64,000 nt of DNA from a virus (IMGVR_UViG_3300009093_000034:30632-94631), one strand, 5' to 3'; shown: positions 36,483-46,574, numbered from the stretch's first letter. Notes: generated by a model not told the origin, from the letters alone. Numbers and translations are program-made.

Positions 36483-37013
36483 TTAGATCTCAAGAGCGGT
36501 TGCGGTAACTCCGGTGACGGTAACCGTACCACCCGTAACAGCGAGCTGAGAGAAGTCGAACCAGTAAGAGGTACCTGGAACAACGGTAGCAAAACCGTGA
36601 AGAACGAATCCGACGGTTTGAGCAGCGACGGCCTCGACGAAGGTCTGAGCAATACCAACCAAGGTACCAGCGACTGCGGCACCGTTAGCAGGAGCAGCAC
36701 CAGTTCCAATTCTGGCATCAAGAGTTGCACCATCAGAGATGGTTCCGTTCTTAACAACACCAGTGATGGTGATCTCTACCTGAGTAGAGAAAGCTGGGGT
36801 GATGGATCCTGCAAGTCCACCCATGACTGCGGTAGCAGAGGTAGTTCCGGCTGGTGAAGCTGCGGTTACCTGAGCTGCGACTCTTCCGGAAGCTGGACCA
36901 AAGGCTGGTGACCATCTACCAACCTCGCCACCTTGGTTCTGCAAGAACATACCAATGTGGAGATCACTTGCTGCCTCAACAACTGTTGGGACTAAAGACT
37001 GTACTTGTGACAT
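36483..37013 (-). CDS. GC-rich Ala/Gly/Thr-rich protein (fibre-operon terminal gene)
   Basis: 176 aa with an RBS TAAGGAG. Its codon usage is the GC-richest in the block. Confidence 0.5.
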   Translation of the reverse strand: MSQVQSLVPTVVEAASDLHIGMFLQNQGGEVGRWSPAFGPASGRVAAQVTAASPAGTTSATAVMGGLAGSITPAFSTQVEITITGVVKNGTISDGATLDARIGTGAAPANGAAVAGTLVGIAQTFVEAVAAQTVGFVLHGFATVVPGTSYWFDFSQLAVTGGTVTVTGVTATALEI

Positions 37014-37062
37014 AAAGACTCCTTAGAAAATCTCCATGTTACTCATGGGTTTTCTACCCTAG

Positions 37063-37263
37063 TTAGTGGGAAGGGGTCACTACGGTTCGGTCTAAAAACT
37101 CGCTTCTAGCAGTTTGCATAAGAATATTCACTTCACCTTCGTCATAAAAACGATTCTTCTTGGCATAGGTCTTAACCCAAGAGTAAACCGTCCAATAATA
37201 CACGAAAGGTTGTTGGTGAAATTCTTTGATAAAGAGATCGATCTGATCTTTTGAGACACTCAT
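37063..37263 (-). CDS. hypothetical small protein
   Basis: 66 aa. Confidence 0.4.
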   Translation of the reverse strand: MSVSKDQIDLFIKEFHQQPFVYYWTVYSWVKTYAKKNRFYDEGEVNILMQTARSEFLDRTVVTPSH

Positions 37264-37269
37264 GATAAG

Positions 37270-39267
37270 TTAGTTTCCTAGTCTAGTGATTTGAGCCCAG
37301 TCGTTAGATCCACCACCATTTGTTCCGGTGATGTCCCTAAATTGGATTGCATCTCCTGCTAAGAGCTGGAGTTTTATTGCACTGTGGTAAGTTCCAGTGG
37401 TTGGAGGACTCATCATAACTCTTAAGTTAGATCCATTCTTCACAAGCTCAATAACGTGGTTAGTAGTAGTTCCGTTCACAATGGAACATTCATATAATCC
37501 TGAGACCGGTATGGTAAAAGTACCGGCGCTATACATGTTATGAGTATCTACTACTTTGGTAGTATACAAGATCGGGTTGTTAATCGTTGCAGCAGAAGAC
37601 CCAATGTAGTCTGCATGAACAAGAGCTGGTTGTTCTGCTGTGTTTCCATTAGAGATCTTTCTGATTCTCCAGAGAAAAGTTGAGAAAGTTGACCAATCGT
37701 CTCCTGCTCCACCATAAGCAGCACCAGAAGCAGGTCTTGCATAACGAGCAAAGCCAACTGTGACGTCAGTTCCTGTGATTCCGTTGAACCTAGTTCCAAA
37801 GTCAACCGTGTTTTGTCTCAAGTAATAAAGACCTAAGTTTCCTCTATCAGCACTGACCCAAGTTTTTCCAGAGTCAACAGAGTACTCAAAGGTTAGAATG
37901 TCACTAGGTTGAACATTTCTTTGAAATCTAACCACTTTGCTTCTAGCAACTGTCAATGTTACAGGGAACAAAGATCCTGCTGGACCAGGAACTGATGTAG
38001 AAACTGTTGCGTCAGAGTCAGCAGTAGCTGAGTTAGATGCGTACTCAGTAAAGTCTGTGTAAAGATTTATATTGACTGGCCAAGTAGAGATAGGTATGGT
38101 ACACTCAAGAGAAACTCGAATCACAGTAGTTGATAGCGCAAAGTTTGCACTGTTCCAATAACCAAGACCAACAGCAGACCCGTTTGTGTTAAGATCGGAG
38201 ATCAACAATCTTGTTGAATCAAAAGCGCTAACTGAACCACTTCCGTAAGACGTACCATTGAAGATCTTAACAGCTCCAAGAACTGTACCGTTAAAGTTTA
38301 CACCATCATCCAACACAATGTTTGTGGTGTCTATCGTGTATCCAGAAGGAAGAGAGATGAGATAAACACCTGAACCTGCAGAGCCTGCTGCTGTTTGATT
38401 CAAAGTCCAGAACAATCTCATTTTAGAACCAATTCGACTCCAAGAAGCTTTTTGAGTGTTTGTTCCAAGAGTAGGGTTGCTTGTTACTCCTGTGAGAGTT
38501 GGAGTGTAAGTACTTTCTGATCCAATGGCAGCAGCTTGAATTTGAACGTAAGAGCTAACCTGGATCTTAGCTAAGTTCACTGTATAAGCTAAAGCAGAGG
38601 TTGAGGCCACATGGAAGATAACACGATAACTTAAAGAAGATGATGCAAAGAACGAACAAGAGAACTTAGCTGGTTGAGTAGCTGTGCTAGGTAGAGATGA
38701 CAATGAAAGAGGAATTAAGACTGAGTTTGTGATGTCATATAAAAAGACGGCCATGTCATTGTCAGCATAATTTGAAGAGGTCTTGTAAGACAATGTGAAG
38801 GTAAGTTGTTGACCTCTATCTGAGTTTGAGATTTGGAAGGTCTCAGAGACACCTTGACCTTGACGATTCGCCGCATCTTTAGTAAAGAGAAAATCACTTG
38901 TGAGATCTAGAGGAGTTGTGGTGTTGACAGCCACTGTCACGTTTGGAGAACCACCGGTACCATCAACTGGAGAAGTCGATGCAGCGTCGGCGTAAGTTGA
39001 GACGTTTGTTAAACCTTGACCACCTGAAGGGTTTGAAATGTATCCAGTTGATCCTGATCCACTTGAGACTGTGGTCCAATAAGTTTGAGAGGTATCTAAG
39101 AGAGGGTCTTGTCCTGTGTTTGCTTGAACAGCTTCGAACAAAGATCCGTTTCTGTTGACAATGGCTTGAATTGGATAAGGAACTCCAGCGGACCAGAGAG
39201 CAACTTGAATGTCTGATTGCCTGATAGCAGGAGAAAGGGCAATTGGCCAACCTAAGGATCTTGACAT
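37270..39267 (-). CDS. tail fibre protein with CBM-like module and C1q-like C-terminal domain
   Basis: 665 aa. It shares an N-terminal jelly-roll-like module (FTKDAANRQGQG...) with the 1472-aa fibre. It shares a C-terminal ~110-aa domain (VDTH..G.F..P..GLY...KNGS...GD.I...ITRLG) with the two upstream ORFs. Confidence 0.65.
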   Translation of the reverse strand: MSRSLGWPIALSPAIRQSDIQVALWSAGVPYPIQAIVNRNGSLFEAVQANTGQDPLLDTSQTYWTTVSSGSGSTGYISNPSGGQGLTNVSTYADAASTSPVDGTGGSPNVTVAVNTTTPLDLTSDFLFTKDAANRQGQGVSETFQISNSDRGQQLTFTLSYKTSSNYADNDMAVFLYDITNSVLIPLSLSSLPSTATQPAKFSCSFFASSSLSYRVIFHVASTSALAYTVNLAKIQVSSYVQIQAAAIGSESTYTPTLTGVTSNPTLGTNTQKASWSRIGSKMRLFWTLNQTAAGSAGSGVYLISLPSGYTIDTTNIVLDDGVNFNGTVLGAVKIFNGTSYGSGSVSAFDSTRLLISDLNTNGSAVGLGYWNSANFALSTTVIRVSLECTIPISTWPVNINLYTDFTEYASNSATADSDATVSTSVPGPAGSLFPVTLTVARSKVVRFQRNVQPSDILTFEYSVDSGKTWVSADRGNLGLYYLRQNTVDFGTRFNGITGTDVTVGFARYARPASGAAYGGAGDDWSTFSTFLWRIRKISNGNTAEQPALVHADYIGSSAATINNPILYTTKVVDTHNMYSAGTFTIPVSGLYECSIVNGTTTNHVIELVKNGSNLRVMMSPPTTGTYHSAIKLQLLAGDAIQFRDITGTNGGGSNDWAQITRLGN

Positions 39268-39662
39268 TATGAACCTATCCTAGTGATCTGAATATAGCTG
39301 GCCGTAGGACTGCTTGACGCAGTTCCTGTAGTGTCACGCACATCGATAGTATCATTGACTGCCAGACGAACAGTCGTCACCAATTGTACACGACCTGAAC
39401 TACTACCGTCAGAGCCTTGCTTGAATGCACTACCATTTTTGTAAAGAGTCACAATATGACCTGACGATACTATGCAAAGAGCTGTGATTTGATACACACC
39501 AGCTTTAGGCGCGGTAAACTTCCAGGTACCTGTACCTGTGGTTACACATGAATCTGTATCTTCAACGAGTGTGGACCAGTTGATCGGAGTGTTAATTGTT
39601 GCTGCATCTGAGTTTGAATACTCAGCACGAATGAGGGATGTTTCCATCCATAGTTTAGCCAT
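39267..39662 (-). CDS. stand-alone C1q/TNF-like domain protein (fibre tip paralog)
   Basis: 131 aa. GTWKFTAPKAGVYQI...LYKNGSAF...VNDTIDV...IQITRIGS matches the C-terminal domains of both fibre proteins. Confidence 0.6.
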   Translation of the reverse strand: MAKLWMETSLIRAEYSNSDAATINTPINWSTLVEDTDSCVTTGTGTWKFTAPKAGVYQITALCIVSSGHIVTLYKNGSAFKQGSDGSSSGRVQLVTTVRLAVNDTIDVRDTTGTASSSPTASYIQITRIGS

Positions 39663-42600
39663 TAGCTACCGATCCTTGTGATCTGGATCCACACGTTAAC
39701 GTCTGATGGTTGAGAAGCAGCACTGTCGTTTTGAAGCCAGATCTGATCTCCTACTACCAATCGAAGAGTGATGTTTGAAGAACCAGAGGTTGCTGTTACT
39801 GGAGTGGTACCAAAGTACCTCCATCTAGAACCATTCTTAAAGATCTGACAGTTACCTGCTGTTCCTGTGGTATAGGAGTTGGTTTCTACCAAATAGAGTC
39901 CAGCAACTGGACAAACGAACTTCCAGCTTGCTCCTGTTGTGACAGCACTGTGAGTATCTTCCACTTTCGTTTGAAAGTTAAGAACTACGTTAGTTGCCGT
40001 GGAAGGAACAGAGATGTACTCAGCTCTAACCATGGATGGTTGTTCAGCCATGTTTCCATTGCTGACTTTTCTAACTCGCCACTTAACAGTAGAAAACGCA
40101 CTCCAAGCTGAACCGTTATTGGTTCCATAAGTTGATCCAGGATAAATACCGCTGTTTCCTATTTCTACTAGAGCTCGTTTCTTGTTGGTTGTGTCTCGTC
40201 TTACTTGAACACCATATCTGGCGTTACCTTGAACAGCAAATTCCATAAAAGCATAAAGAGGTCCCCAACCTATTCCGTTATCGTTTATCTCTAGAATAAG
40301 TTGGTCTGTAGATTGAATCTCTCTAGCAAAGTCAACAGCGTACTTTGTGGAGAATCCGTTAGAGAAGTCTGTACTGACAACAGCAACAAAAGCACTTCCA
40401 TCTTGACCAGTTTTTTGTCCTGTGGTAAAGGTGGTGTTGGTAGTTGTTCCTCCAGATCCATCGTTAGATGCATACTCTGTGAAATCGCTTGCTAGGTTTA
40501 CATTTGACGACCATTGAGAGATCTTAGCCTGGAAGTAAACTGTGATGACGTCTGTAGACGCCCATGTGATTGGGGTGGTTGCTGTCCATGCTGTAGCTCC
40601 GTTACCACCAAAGGGGTAACGATACTCCAAGTTAAATCCGATTCCTCCGCCTAGAAGACCAGGAGATAAATCACCACCATAACGTGAAGATGAGTGGGTT
40701 CCTATTGCATATCCAACAGGCCTGAAGGTTGAGGTTAATCCTGAAGGGAAAAGAACGTTGATCTGACCAGTAACTGCTCCAGATAAGGTGATAGCTATGA
40801 CACCTTCCAAAAGATCGCCTTTACGCCAAACGTGAGAGTTTGCTAGGTCGATAGTTCCAGGAACGTTTTGGAAAGACATTTGACCGGCGTACTCTCCACC
40901 AATTGCTGCTCCAAGAACTGGAATGAATGGAGTGATAGTAACTTGATCGATGTTCATGGTCCAAGCAAGAGCGTTTGTTGTGGCAACATGGAAAACCAAA
41001 CGATAACTTGTTGATGTCGAAGCTGGCCAGAAGGTAGCTGAGAAATAGGTTCCAGCTGAAGCAGTTGGAAGAGAGTTTATTGAGATCGGAATGAAGTTCG
41101 AGTTTGTCTTATCATATAGATAGGCTAGAATGTCTCCTGCAGCGTAGTTTGTTGATGTCTTGAAGTAGAAGGACAAACCTAGAGTGGAACCTAGAACAGC
41201 CGGATCCAAGGTAAAGTCATATGAGATTCCTTGACCTTGTCTGTTGGCAGCATCTTTGGTAATTAGACCATCGCCTGTTCCAATGAGAGGTGTTGTTCCA
41301 TTTCTAGCTAGAGTAAGGACAGCTGTTCCACCAGTTCCATCAACTGGCGTTGCTGAAGCTCCATCGTTGTATGTTGCCCAGCCAGAGATATCACTCTCAA
41401 ATGTTCCATTAGAAATGTAGTTCAATCCACTGGACGGGTTGGTGAAGATGACGCTAGGGTTGTTCAACAAAACTGTATCAGGGAAAGCTTGAACTGTCCA
41501 AAAAGAGATCACTGTTCCAGTTGAGTCTTTTACACTTAAAGAGGAAAGATCTGGAATGTTAAAGGTGGTTGAACCATCTCCAACTCCATAAGAAGTTCCC
41601 CACAATGAGAACAACTGAGAATAAAAAGATCTACCAACAGCAGCTCCGTTCAATTGTAAGAGGTTTCCTGGAAGAGATCCAACAGAACCTGTCCAAAGAG
41701 TTGTTCTTCCAAGTCCTACAAGAGCCGTTGTTCCTGTGATGACTTGAACAGGCTCACCAATGGTGATCAAGAGGTCGGTGGCGTTGACAGCGATACCGAT
41801 AGCAACTCTGAAGCTTCCAATGGTGATGGTGTTAGGATCTGTGATGACTTGGCCATTTGTACCAAGATAGTAAAAGGTTCCAGGTGTCATTCCTGATCCG
41901 AAACCAACCATGATCGAGCCAGAGGCTTGCCAAACAATGGTAGCTGCAGAAGCTCCTCCATTGAAAGCTATTCCAATAGCAGTAGCTGTTGTCTCGGTGT
42001 CGTTGCTAGCGTGTTGAAGTGTTCCAGAGGACGTGATGTAGACCACTCTCTTGGTGGTGACTGCGTTTGTTCCTACGGTTCCTGTAGATGAAGCAGAACC
42101 TCCAACAGGAGTCCAGTTTGCGTGGGTTGTGTCTGTTGATGGATCGTGGTTTAGGTTACCGTTGGCGTTAGAAGAATAGGCAACACCTAATCTGTTGATG
42201 ATCGCGTATTGGGTGTAGGTAACGTTTGATTGCCAAAGAGGAAGAGACGAGATTCTAAAAGCTTCTTTGACTGAAGCTTGAGAAGGCGGTTGAGTAGTGG
42301 AGTTTGATGCGAAGGTAGCATCATCTATGGCAGCAAGACCAGACAAAGCTGAACTGAGACCCGTGACATTAGCTATGACTACGTTAGCAAACACTCCTGA
42401 AGCTGATAAAAATTTACCTGCTGCAGTATCACCAGAAGCTGGTGCAGGAACCACACCTTGAGTTCCACCAGATCCTGAATCTCCTATGAAAGTAGGAAGA
42501 TGAACCATAACTGAAGAAGGACTGTTAGCTTGAGGAATAGCAGAACTTCCTGAAAAGTTACTGAGGATAGCATTGTTTGGTATGCTAGCCATCTTAGTAA

Positions 42601-44080
42601 GAGTTACTGCTCCGTTTGAGATCGTTGTAGAAAGAGATCCGGCAGAGTTTGTTACATCTCCAGTTAAGGCAGGAAACTGAGCAGCCTGTAAGGTTCCTGA
42701 TACATCAGAGCTAAGAGAGATAGACAAGAGGGTCTTAACTTGAGAAGGCGTTAATGCGGCTGGAGTGGCTGGAGATCCCGTGTTGTTTCCGATGATAGAG
42801 TTGGCTGCCAGGTTTGCCATCTTGGAAAGACCAACTGCTCCAGCAGAGATGGTAACAGACAATGAGCCTGATGTTGTGGTAGCATCTCCTGTTAAGGCCG
42901 GAAATTGAGCAGCTTGAAGAGTTCCAGAGACATCTGTAGAAAGAGAGATCGCTAGTAAGGTTTTAACTTGAGTTGAGGTCAACTCAGATGGTGCTGCTGA
43001 AGAACCTGAAACGTTGCCTAAGATCGATGAGTTGGAGATGTTAGCCAACATTGACAAGGTGACTTGACTAGCTCCGATTGAGAACTGAGTTCCAGTAAGT
43101 GTTAAACCAGAGCCTGCTGTGTAACTAGGAACAGCGGAGAACTGGACGAAAGTGATGTTTGTGGTTCCTACGGTCAAACCTGAAGTAGGTGTTGTACAAA
43201 CCCATCCTGTTGAAGCATTTATTGTACCAGAAAGAACTAGAGAGAAAGCACCGAAGAACTCCGTAGGAGCATCCATACCAACAGATCTTGTAAGAACTAC
43301 AAAGAGTCCAGCTCCACCGGCGTTGGTGACTGTATAAAGACCATTGTGAGGTTGATTTCCTCCTGTCTCGTTCTTAACTAGAACAACATCGCCTAACGAA
43401 AGAACAACGCCATCTATGGTTAAGGTTCCACTTCCGTTCATGGTGATCGTAGCACCGACTCCTGAGGTTCCGTTGGAGTAGGTGTTGGAAGGAAGAGCCG
43501 TTGTTGTGGCTACTTTAGCAGAAGATTTGACAGACAAGCCTTGAGCTGTCATGTCAACGTAGTTCTTGGTAGCGATGTCTTGAGCAGCAGAAGGATCAAC
43601 GACTTGAGCTCGGCCAGATCCATCTCTTAGAACTGGTTGGTTTACTGTTGCTGAAGAGGTTCCTACTACCACCCAAGTTCCACCAGCTGATAAGAACTTA
43701 TGACTAGAGAAATCTCCAGAGGCTGGAGCTGGAACTAGACCAGCTGTTCCTCCAGAACCTGAGTCTCCAACCAAGATAGAAAGGTAAGCTGTGATGGCTG
43801 AGATCGCTGTAGCGACAGGTATTGCTGGAGACCCTGTGACGTTGGCTAGAACAGTGTGAGACGCTATGTTTCCTAGACCACCTGCTGCTAAAGCATCTTC
43901 TAGGTCTGGGATATCTGAGATCTGAGGATAAGGTTGGTTGTCTCTCTTGATCCCGTTCTCAGGATCAAACTCCATGGACCTACCATTCTGAGAAATGGTG
44001 ATCTTAGCTCCGGCCGTGATCTGTCCGGTTGTTTTGAGAGTACCGGTAAGGATGGATGGAACTAGGAGAGGATTTGCCAT
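39662..44080 (-). CDS. large tail fibre protein (1472 aa) with internal tandem repeats
   Basis: GDSGSGGTxGxVPAPASGD..KFLSAxG(T/V)W occurs twice. About 75-aa repeats (SQVKTLLxISLSxDVSGTLQAAQFPALTGD) occur about 2.5 times. It also has a CBM-like module and a C1q-like C-terminus. Confidence 0.75.
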   Translation of the reverse strand: MANPLLVPSILTGTLKTTGQITAGAKITISQNGRSMEFDPENGIKRDNQPYPQISDIPDLEDALAAGGLGNIASHTVLANVTGSPAIPVATAISAITAYLSILVGDSGSGGTAGLVPAPASGDFSSHKFLSAGGTWVVVGTSSATVNQPVLRDGSGRAQVVDPSAAQDIATKNYVDMTAQGLSVKSSAKVATTTALPSNTYSNGTSGVGATITMNGSGTLTIDGVVLSLGDVVLVKNETGGNQPHNGLYTVTNAGGAGLFVVLTRSVGMDAPTEFFGAFSLVLSGTINASTGWVCTTPTSGLTVGTTNITFVQFSAVPSYTAGSGLTLTGTQFSIGASQVTLSMLANISNSSILGNVSGSSAAPSELTSTQVKTLLAISLSTDVSGTLQAAQFPALTGDATTTSGSLSVTISAGAVGLSKMANLAANSIIGNNTGSPATPAALTPSQVKTLLSISLSSDVSGTLQAAQFPALTGDVTNSAGSLSTTISNGAVTLTKMASIPNNAILSNFSGSSAIPQANSPSSVMVHLPTFIGDSGSGGTQGVVPAPASGDTAAGKFLSASGVFANVVIANVTGLSSALSGLAAIDDATFASNSTTQPPSQASVKEAFRISSLPLWQSNVTYTQYAIINRLGVAYSSNANGNLNHDPSTDTTHANWTPVGGSASSTGTVGTNAVTTKRVVYITSSGTLQHASNDTETTATAIGIAFNGGASAATIVWQASGSIMVGFGSGMTPGTFYYLGTNGQVITDPNTITIGSFRVAIGIAVNATDLLITIGEPVQVITGTTALVGLGRTTLWTGSVGSLPGNLLQLNGAAVGRSFYSQLFSLWGTSYGVGDGSTTFNIPDLSSLSVKDSTGTVISFWTVQAFPDTVLLNNPSVIFTNPSSGLNYISNGTFESDISGWATYNDGASATPVDGTGGTAVLTLARNGTTPLIGTGDGLITKDAANRQGQGISYDFTLDPAVLGSTLGLSFYFKTSTNYAAGDILAYLYDKTNSNFIPISINSLPTASAGTYFSATFWPASTSTSYRLVFHVATTNALAWTMNIDQVTITPFIPVLGAAIGGEYAGQMSFQNVPGTIDLANSHVWRKGDLLEGVIAITLSGAVTGQINVLFPSGLTSTFRPVGYAIGTHSSSRYGGDLSPGLLGGGIGFNLEYRYPFGGNGATAWTATTPITWASTDVITVYFQAKISQWSSNVNLASDFTEYASNDGSGGTTTNTTFTTGQKTGQDGSAFVAVVSTDFSNGFSTKYAVDFAREIQSTDQLILEINDNGIGWGPLYAFMEFAVQGNARYGVQVRRDTTNKKRALVEIGNSGIYPGSTYGTNNGSAWSAFSTVKWRVRKVSNGNMAEQPSMVRAEYISVPSTATNVVLNFQTKVEDTHSAVTTGASWKFVCPVAGLYLVETNSYTTGTAGNCQIFKNGSRWRYFGTTPVTATSGSSNITLRLVVGDQIWLQNDSAASQPSDVNVWIQITRIGS
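42520..43110 (-). repeat. tandem ~225-nt coding repeats within tail fibre gene
   Basis: Protein residues ~325-520 form about 2.5 near-identical units. The repeat is visible at nucleotide level. Confidence 0.6.
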
Positions 44081-44104
44081 AACTTTGATAATTAGTCAAA
44101 TTTT

Positions 44105-44119
44105 TGAGATATTTTAGAC
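44105..44119 (+). promoter_or_regulatory. promoter-like motif TGAGATATTTTAGAC (copy 7)
   Basis: 17 nt upstream of the ATG at 44136, with an AAGAGG RBS between. It lies in the divergent region opposite the fibre operon. Confidence 0.5.
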
Positions 44120-44135
44120 GAAAGAGGTACGCTAA

Positions 44136-44471
44136 ATGATCCGTACTGAGCGCGAGCTCTGCTCATACATCCACAATGAGATGAACTTTAATCTCAATGC
44201 CCAGTTCGGTGACTTCAAGAGAGTCGTCCTTCAGAAGGATCACTCTATTGATGACAACGAGATCAAGATCACGTACTCATCCAATGACTCCAAGACCAAG
44301 AGAACCATCGATACTCTGATCGCCAAGAAGAAACCTTACGGAGAGTACATTCTCCAGATCAAGGATCTTCCGTCGGCGATTTACTTCCTCAGCTGCATCA
44401 ACGAGTTTGATACTCTTGATGAAAAGCATCGGGTGAGCATGATCGACCAGCTCTTTAGGAGCGTTCAATGA
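44136..44471 (+). CDS. hypothetical protein (tandem paralog A)
   Basis: 111 aa. It shares the MI(R/Q)xExxLCxxI N-terminus and the FLxxxN...LF(R/E)SV C-terminus with the next ORF. Confidence 0.45.
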   Translation: MIRTERELCSYIHNEMNFNLNAQFGDFKRVVLQKDHSIDDNEIKITYSSNDSKTKRTIDTLIAKKKPYGEYILQIKDLPSAIYFLSCINEFDTLDEKHRVSMIDQLFRSVQ

Positions 44472-44815
44472 TTCAATCAGAAGCTGACCTTTGCCGGTTT
44501 ATCCGTTTCGGTCAGATGCCTTCTTGGCCTGCTGGACGCTTTCAAACCTATTTTGAAAGCAATAATCTTTTGATCGTAACTTACCATCCTTACCATCCTC
44601 AGGCAAGTTCAGATCTTATTAAAGTACTATCTATCGAGTATTTTCCAAGCGAGTTTGCTTCTGGAATCCTTGGTGGTTGTCGTCTCTCTGTTCATGACAA
44701 AGCCAGTGCTATGATCTTCTTGACTCAAGTGAATTCAATGCAAGAGCCTCTTTACCTGGAAGAAGAAATCAAGCGTCTTAAGGACATCTCTGATCTTTTT
44801 GAGAGTGTAAAATGA
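44468..44815 (+). CDS. hypothetical protein (tandem paralog B)
   Basis: 115 aa, paralogous to 44136..44471. Confidence 0.45.
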   Translation: MIQSEADLCRFIRFGQMPSWPAGRFQTYFESNNLLIVTYHPYHPQASSDLIKVLSIEYFPSEFASGILGGCRLSVHDKASAMIFLTQVNSMQEPLYLEEEIKRLKDISDLFESVK

Positions 44816-45591
44816 GCTCAGAACTTGCTAACCTCGCAGTCTATAACGCTGGCATGAAGAAGTCGATGATGGACAAGATGTTCTTCATCGACAAAGTCGA
44901 TGCCCATGTTTTCATCGACTATGGCTGTGCCGACGGAACTCTCATTCACTTTCTTCGAGGTCTCTTTCCTGAGTTCATCTACTATGGCTTTGACATCTCT
45001 GAAGACATGATCCAGGAAGCCAAGAAGAAGAACCCTGAGATCGCTCACAACTTCACCTCCGACTGGAGTTACATCTCTGACAGAATTCCTTCTCTTAGAG
45101 GAGAGGGAAAGATCTCTGTTCTCTTGTCCTCGATCATCCACGAGGTCTACAGCTACGGAACCGGAAACGATGTTGAGACTTTCTGGGATCGAATCTTCAA
45201 TGATGGTTTTGACTACATCGTTATCAGAGACATGATGCCCAGCACGAGTATGAACCGCCAGGCTGACATCAACGACGTAGCCAAGATCTACCGTAAGGCT
45301 GATAAAGAAAAGCTCTACGAGTTCCAGCAGACTTGGGGTTCTATCGAGAACAACAAGAGCATGATCCACTGGTTCCTCAAGTATCGTTACGACGACAACT
45401 GGGAACGTGAAGTCAAAGAGAACTATCTCCCTTTGAATCGGGAACAGTTCTTGAGCATGCTTCCAGACAACTACGACATCACCTTTCATGAGCACTTCAT
45501 TCTTCCTTACCTCCTCACTCAGGTTCAGAAAGACTTTGGAGTCGTGATCAAGGATAACACTCACTTGAAATTGATCTTAAGGAAAGCATGA
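44812..45591 (+). CDS. class I SAM-dependent methyltransferase
   Basis: VFIDYGCADGT is motif I. An acidic FDISEDM forms motif II. SSIIHEV forms motif IV. Confidence 0.6.
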   Translation: MSSELANLAVYNAGMKKSMMDKMFFIDKVDAHVFIDYGCADGTLIHFLRGLFPEFIYYGFDISEDMIQEAKKKNPEIAHNFTSDWSYISDRIPSLRGEGKISVLLSSIIHEVYSYGTGNDVETFWDRIFNDGFDYIVIRDMMPSTSMNRQADINDVAKIYRKADKEKLYEFQQTWGSIENNKSMIHWFLKYRYDDNWEREVKENYLPLNREQFLSMLPDNYDITFHEHFILPYLLTQVQKDFGVVIKDNTHLKLILRKA

Positions 45592-45893
45592 TGGAAGTAG
45601 GAATTTTCATAGTGATCTTGTCTGCGGCTTTCCTAGTTTGTGTTCTTCTTTGCGTTGTTGCCACGTGCTCAGGTAACATCAAAAAATTTTATGAAAAAGA
45701 AGAAAAAGAACTTAAGGATAAGATTCTACTTTTATTGTCCTCTGGTCTAAAAGAAGAAGCTTTCCAAAAGTTCTGGTGGGATAGTCCGGAATGTATGGTG
45801 TTGAGTCCGGACATTTACAACCCCACTGACAAGATCTCAGAAGATGAAGCTAAAGAACTCTTTTTCCAAAAGTACAATGTGAGATTTTCGTGA
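45588..45893 (+). CDS. small TM protein
   Basis: Hydrophobic N-terminus VGIFIVILSAAFLVCVLLCVVATC. Confidence 0.4.
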   Translation: MMEVGIFIVILSAAFLVCVLLCVVATCSGNIKKFYEKEEKELKDKILLLLSSGLKEEAFQKFWWDSPECMVLSPDIYNPTDKISEDEAKELFFQKYNVRFS

Positions 45894-46141
45894 AGAACAA
45901 TGATGAACTCTTGAGACTTTTGATGTCTGCCAACCAAGGCTTAGGCGGACAAATCTTTGAAAAAGCTATCGTCAACATTCAGGTAGGACTTTGTCCTACT
46001 TGTGGAGAAGCTTACAAAGGTTTTAGAGATCGAGCATCTATTGAAGAGTACAGAATCAGTAGAATGTGTCAGGATTGTCAAGACTCCGTTTTCAAAGAGC
46101 CTGACGATGACGAAATGTTTTACGATCCTCCGGAAAATTAA
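45890..46141 (+). CDS. zinc-ribbon protein
   Basis: CPTCGE...CQDCQ. Confidence 0.4.
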   Translation: MKNNDELLRLLMSANQGLGGQIFEKAIVNIQVGLCPTCGEAYKGFRDRASIEEYRISRMCQDCQDSVFKEPDDDEMFYDPPEN

Positions 46142-46142
46142 G

Positions 46143-46574
46143 ATGGTTACAAGAAAAATTTGGCGTTTTGAAAACGAAAAAGGTGAAGGTCCTTATAACG
46201 GACACCCTAGTCCAAAATTTCTCTTTAAGTCTACTCATGACGGAGAGTCTAAGAAACATCCTCATCCCAAGTATGACTTTAAGAACTCTAAGATCATTAG
46301 ATTCTTAAACAACATGAACACTAAAGATCACTTTAGATGTGGATTTTCTACAAAGAAACAGGCATTTGAGTGGTTTACTGAACGAGAAAGAAAGATCTTG
46401 AAAAATAATGGCTACAATTTAGTCCGTAAAAATGCAGATAGAATCTTTAAAGGAAACAAACAAGTTATCTATATTCGTGAAGGTCATTTAGAAGAACTTG
46501 TTAAAGTTTTTCGTTTTGATCATTCTGTTCCAAAAACATTAACATCAATATATTCAATCAGGAGCTCAACATGA
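46143..46574 (+). CDS. hypothetical basic protein
   Basis: ATG at 46143 just after the upstream stop, in frame with the longer tracked ORF. Confidence 0.4.
   Translation: MVTRKIWRFENEKGEGPYNGHPSPKFLFKSTHDGESKKHPHPKYDFKNSKIIRFLNNMNTKDHFRCGFSTKKQAFEWFTERERKILKNNGYNLVRKNADRIFKGNKQVIYIREGHLEELVKVFRFDHSVPKTLTSIYSIRSST

Noticed and set aside
37551-43337. Small ORFs (60-95 aa) on both strands within the tail-fibre genes
   Set aside because: They are fully nested in long, repeat-containing fibre reading frames and are by-products of biased composition.
44818-45564. 248-aa minus-strand ORF antisense to the SAM methyltransferase
   Set aside because: Methyltransferase motifs I, II and IV are in the plus frame. 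The antisense frame shows no motifs.
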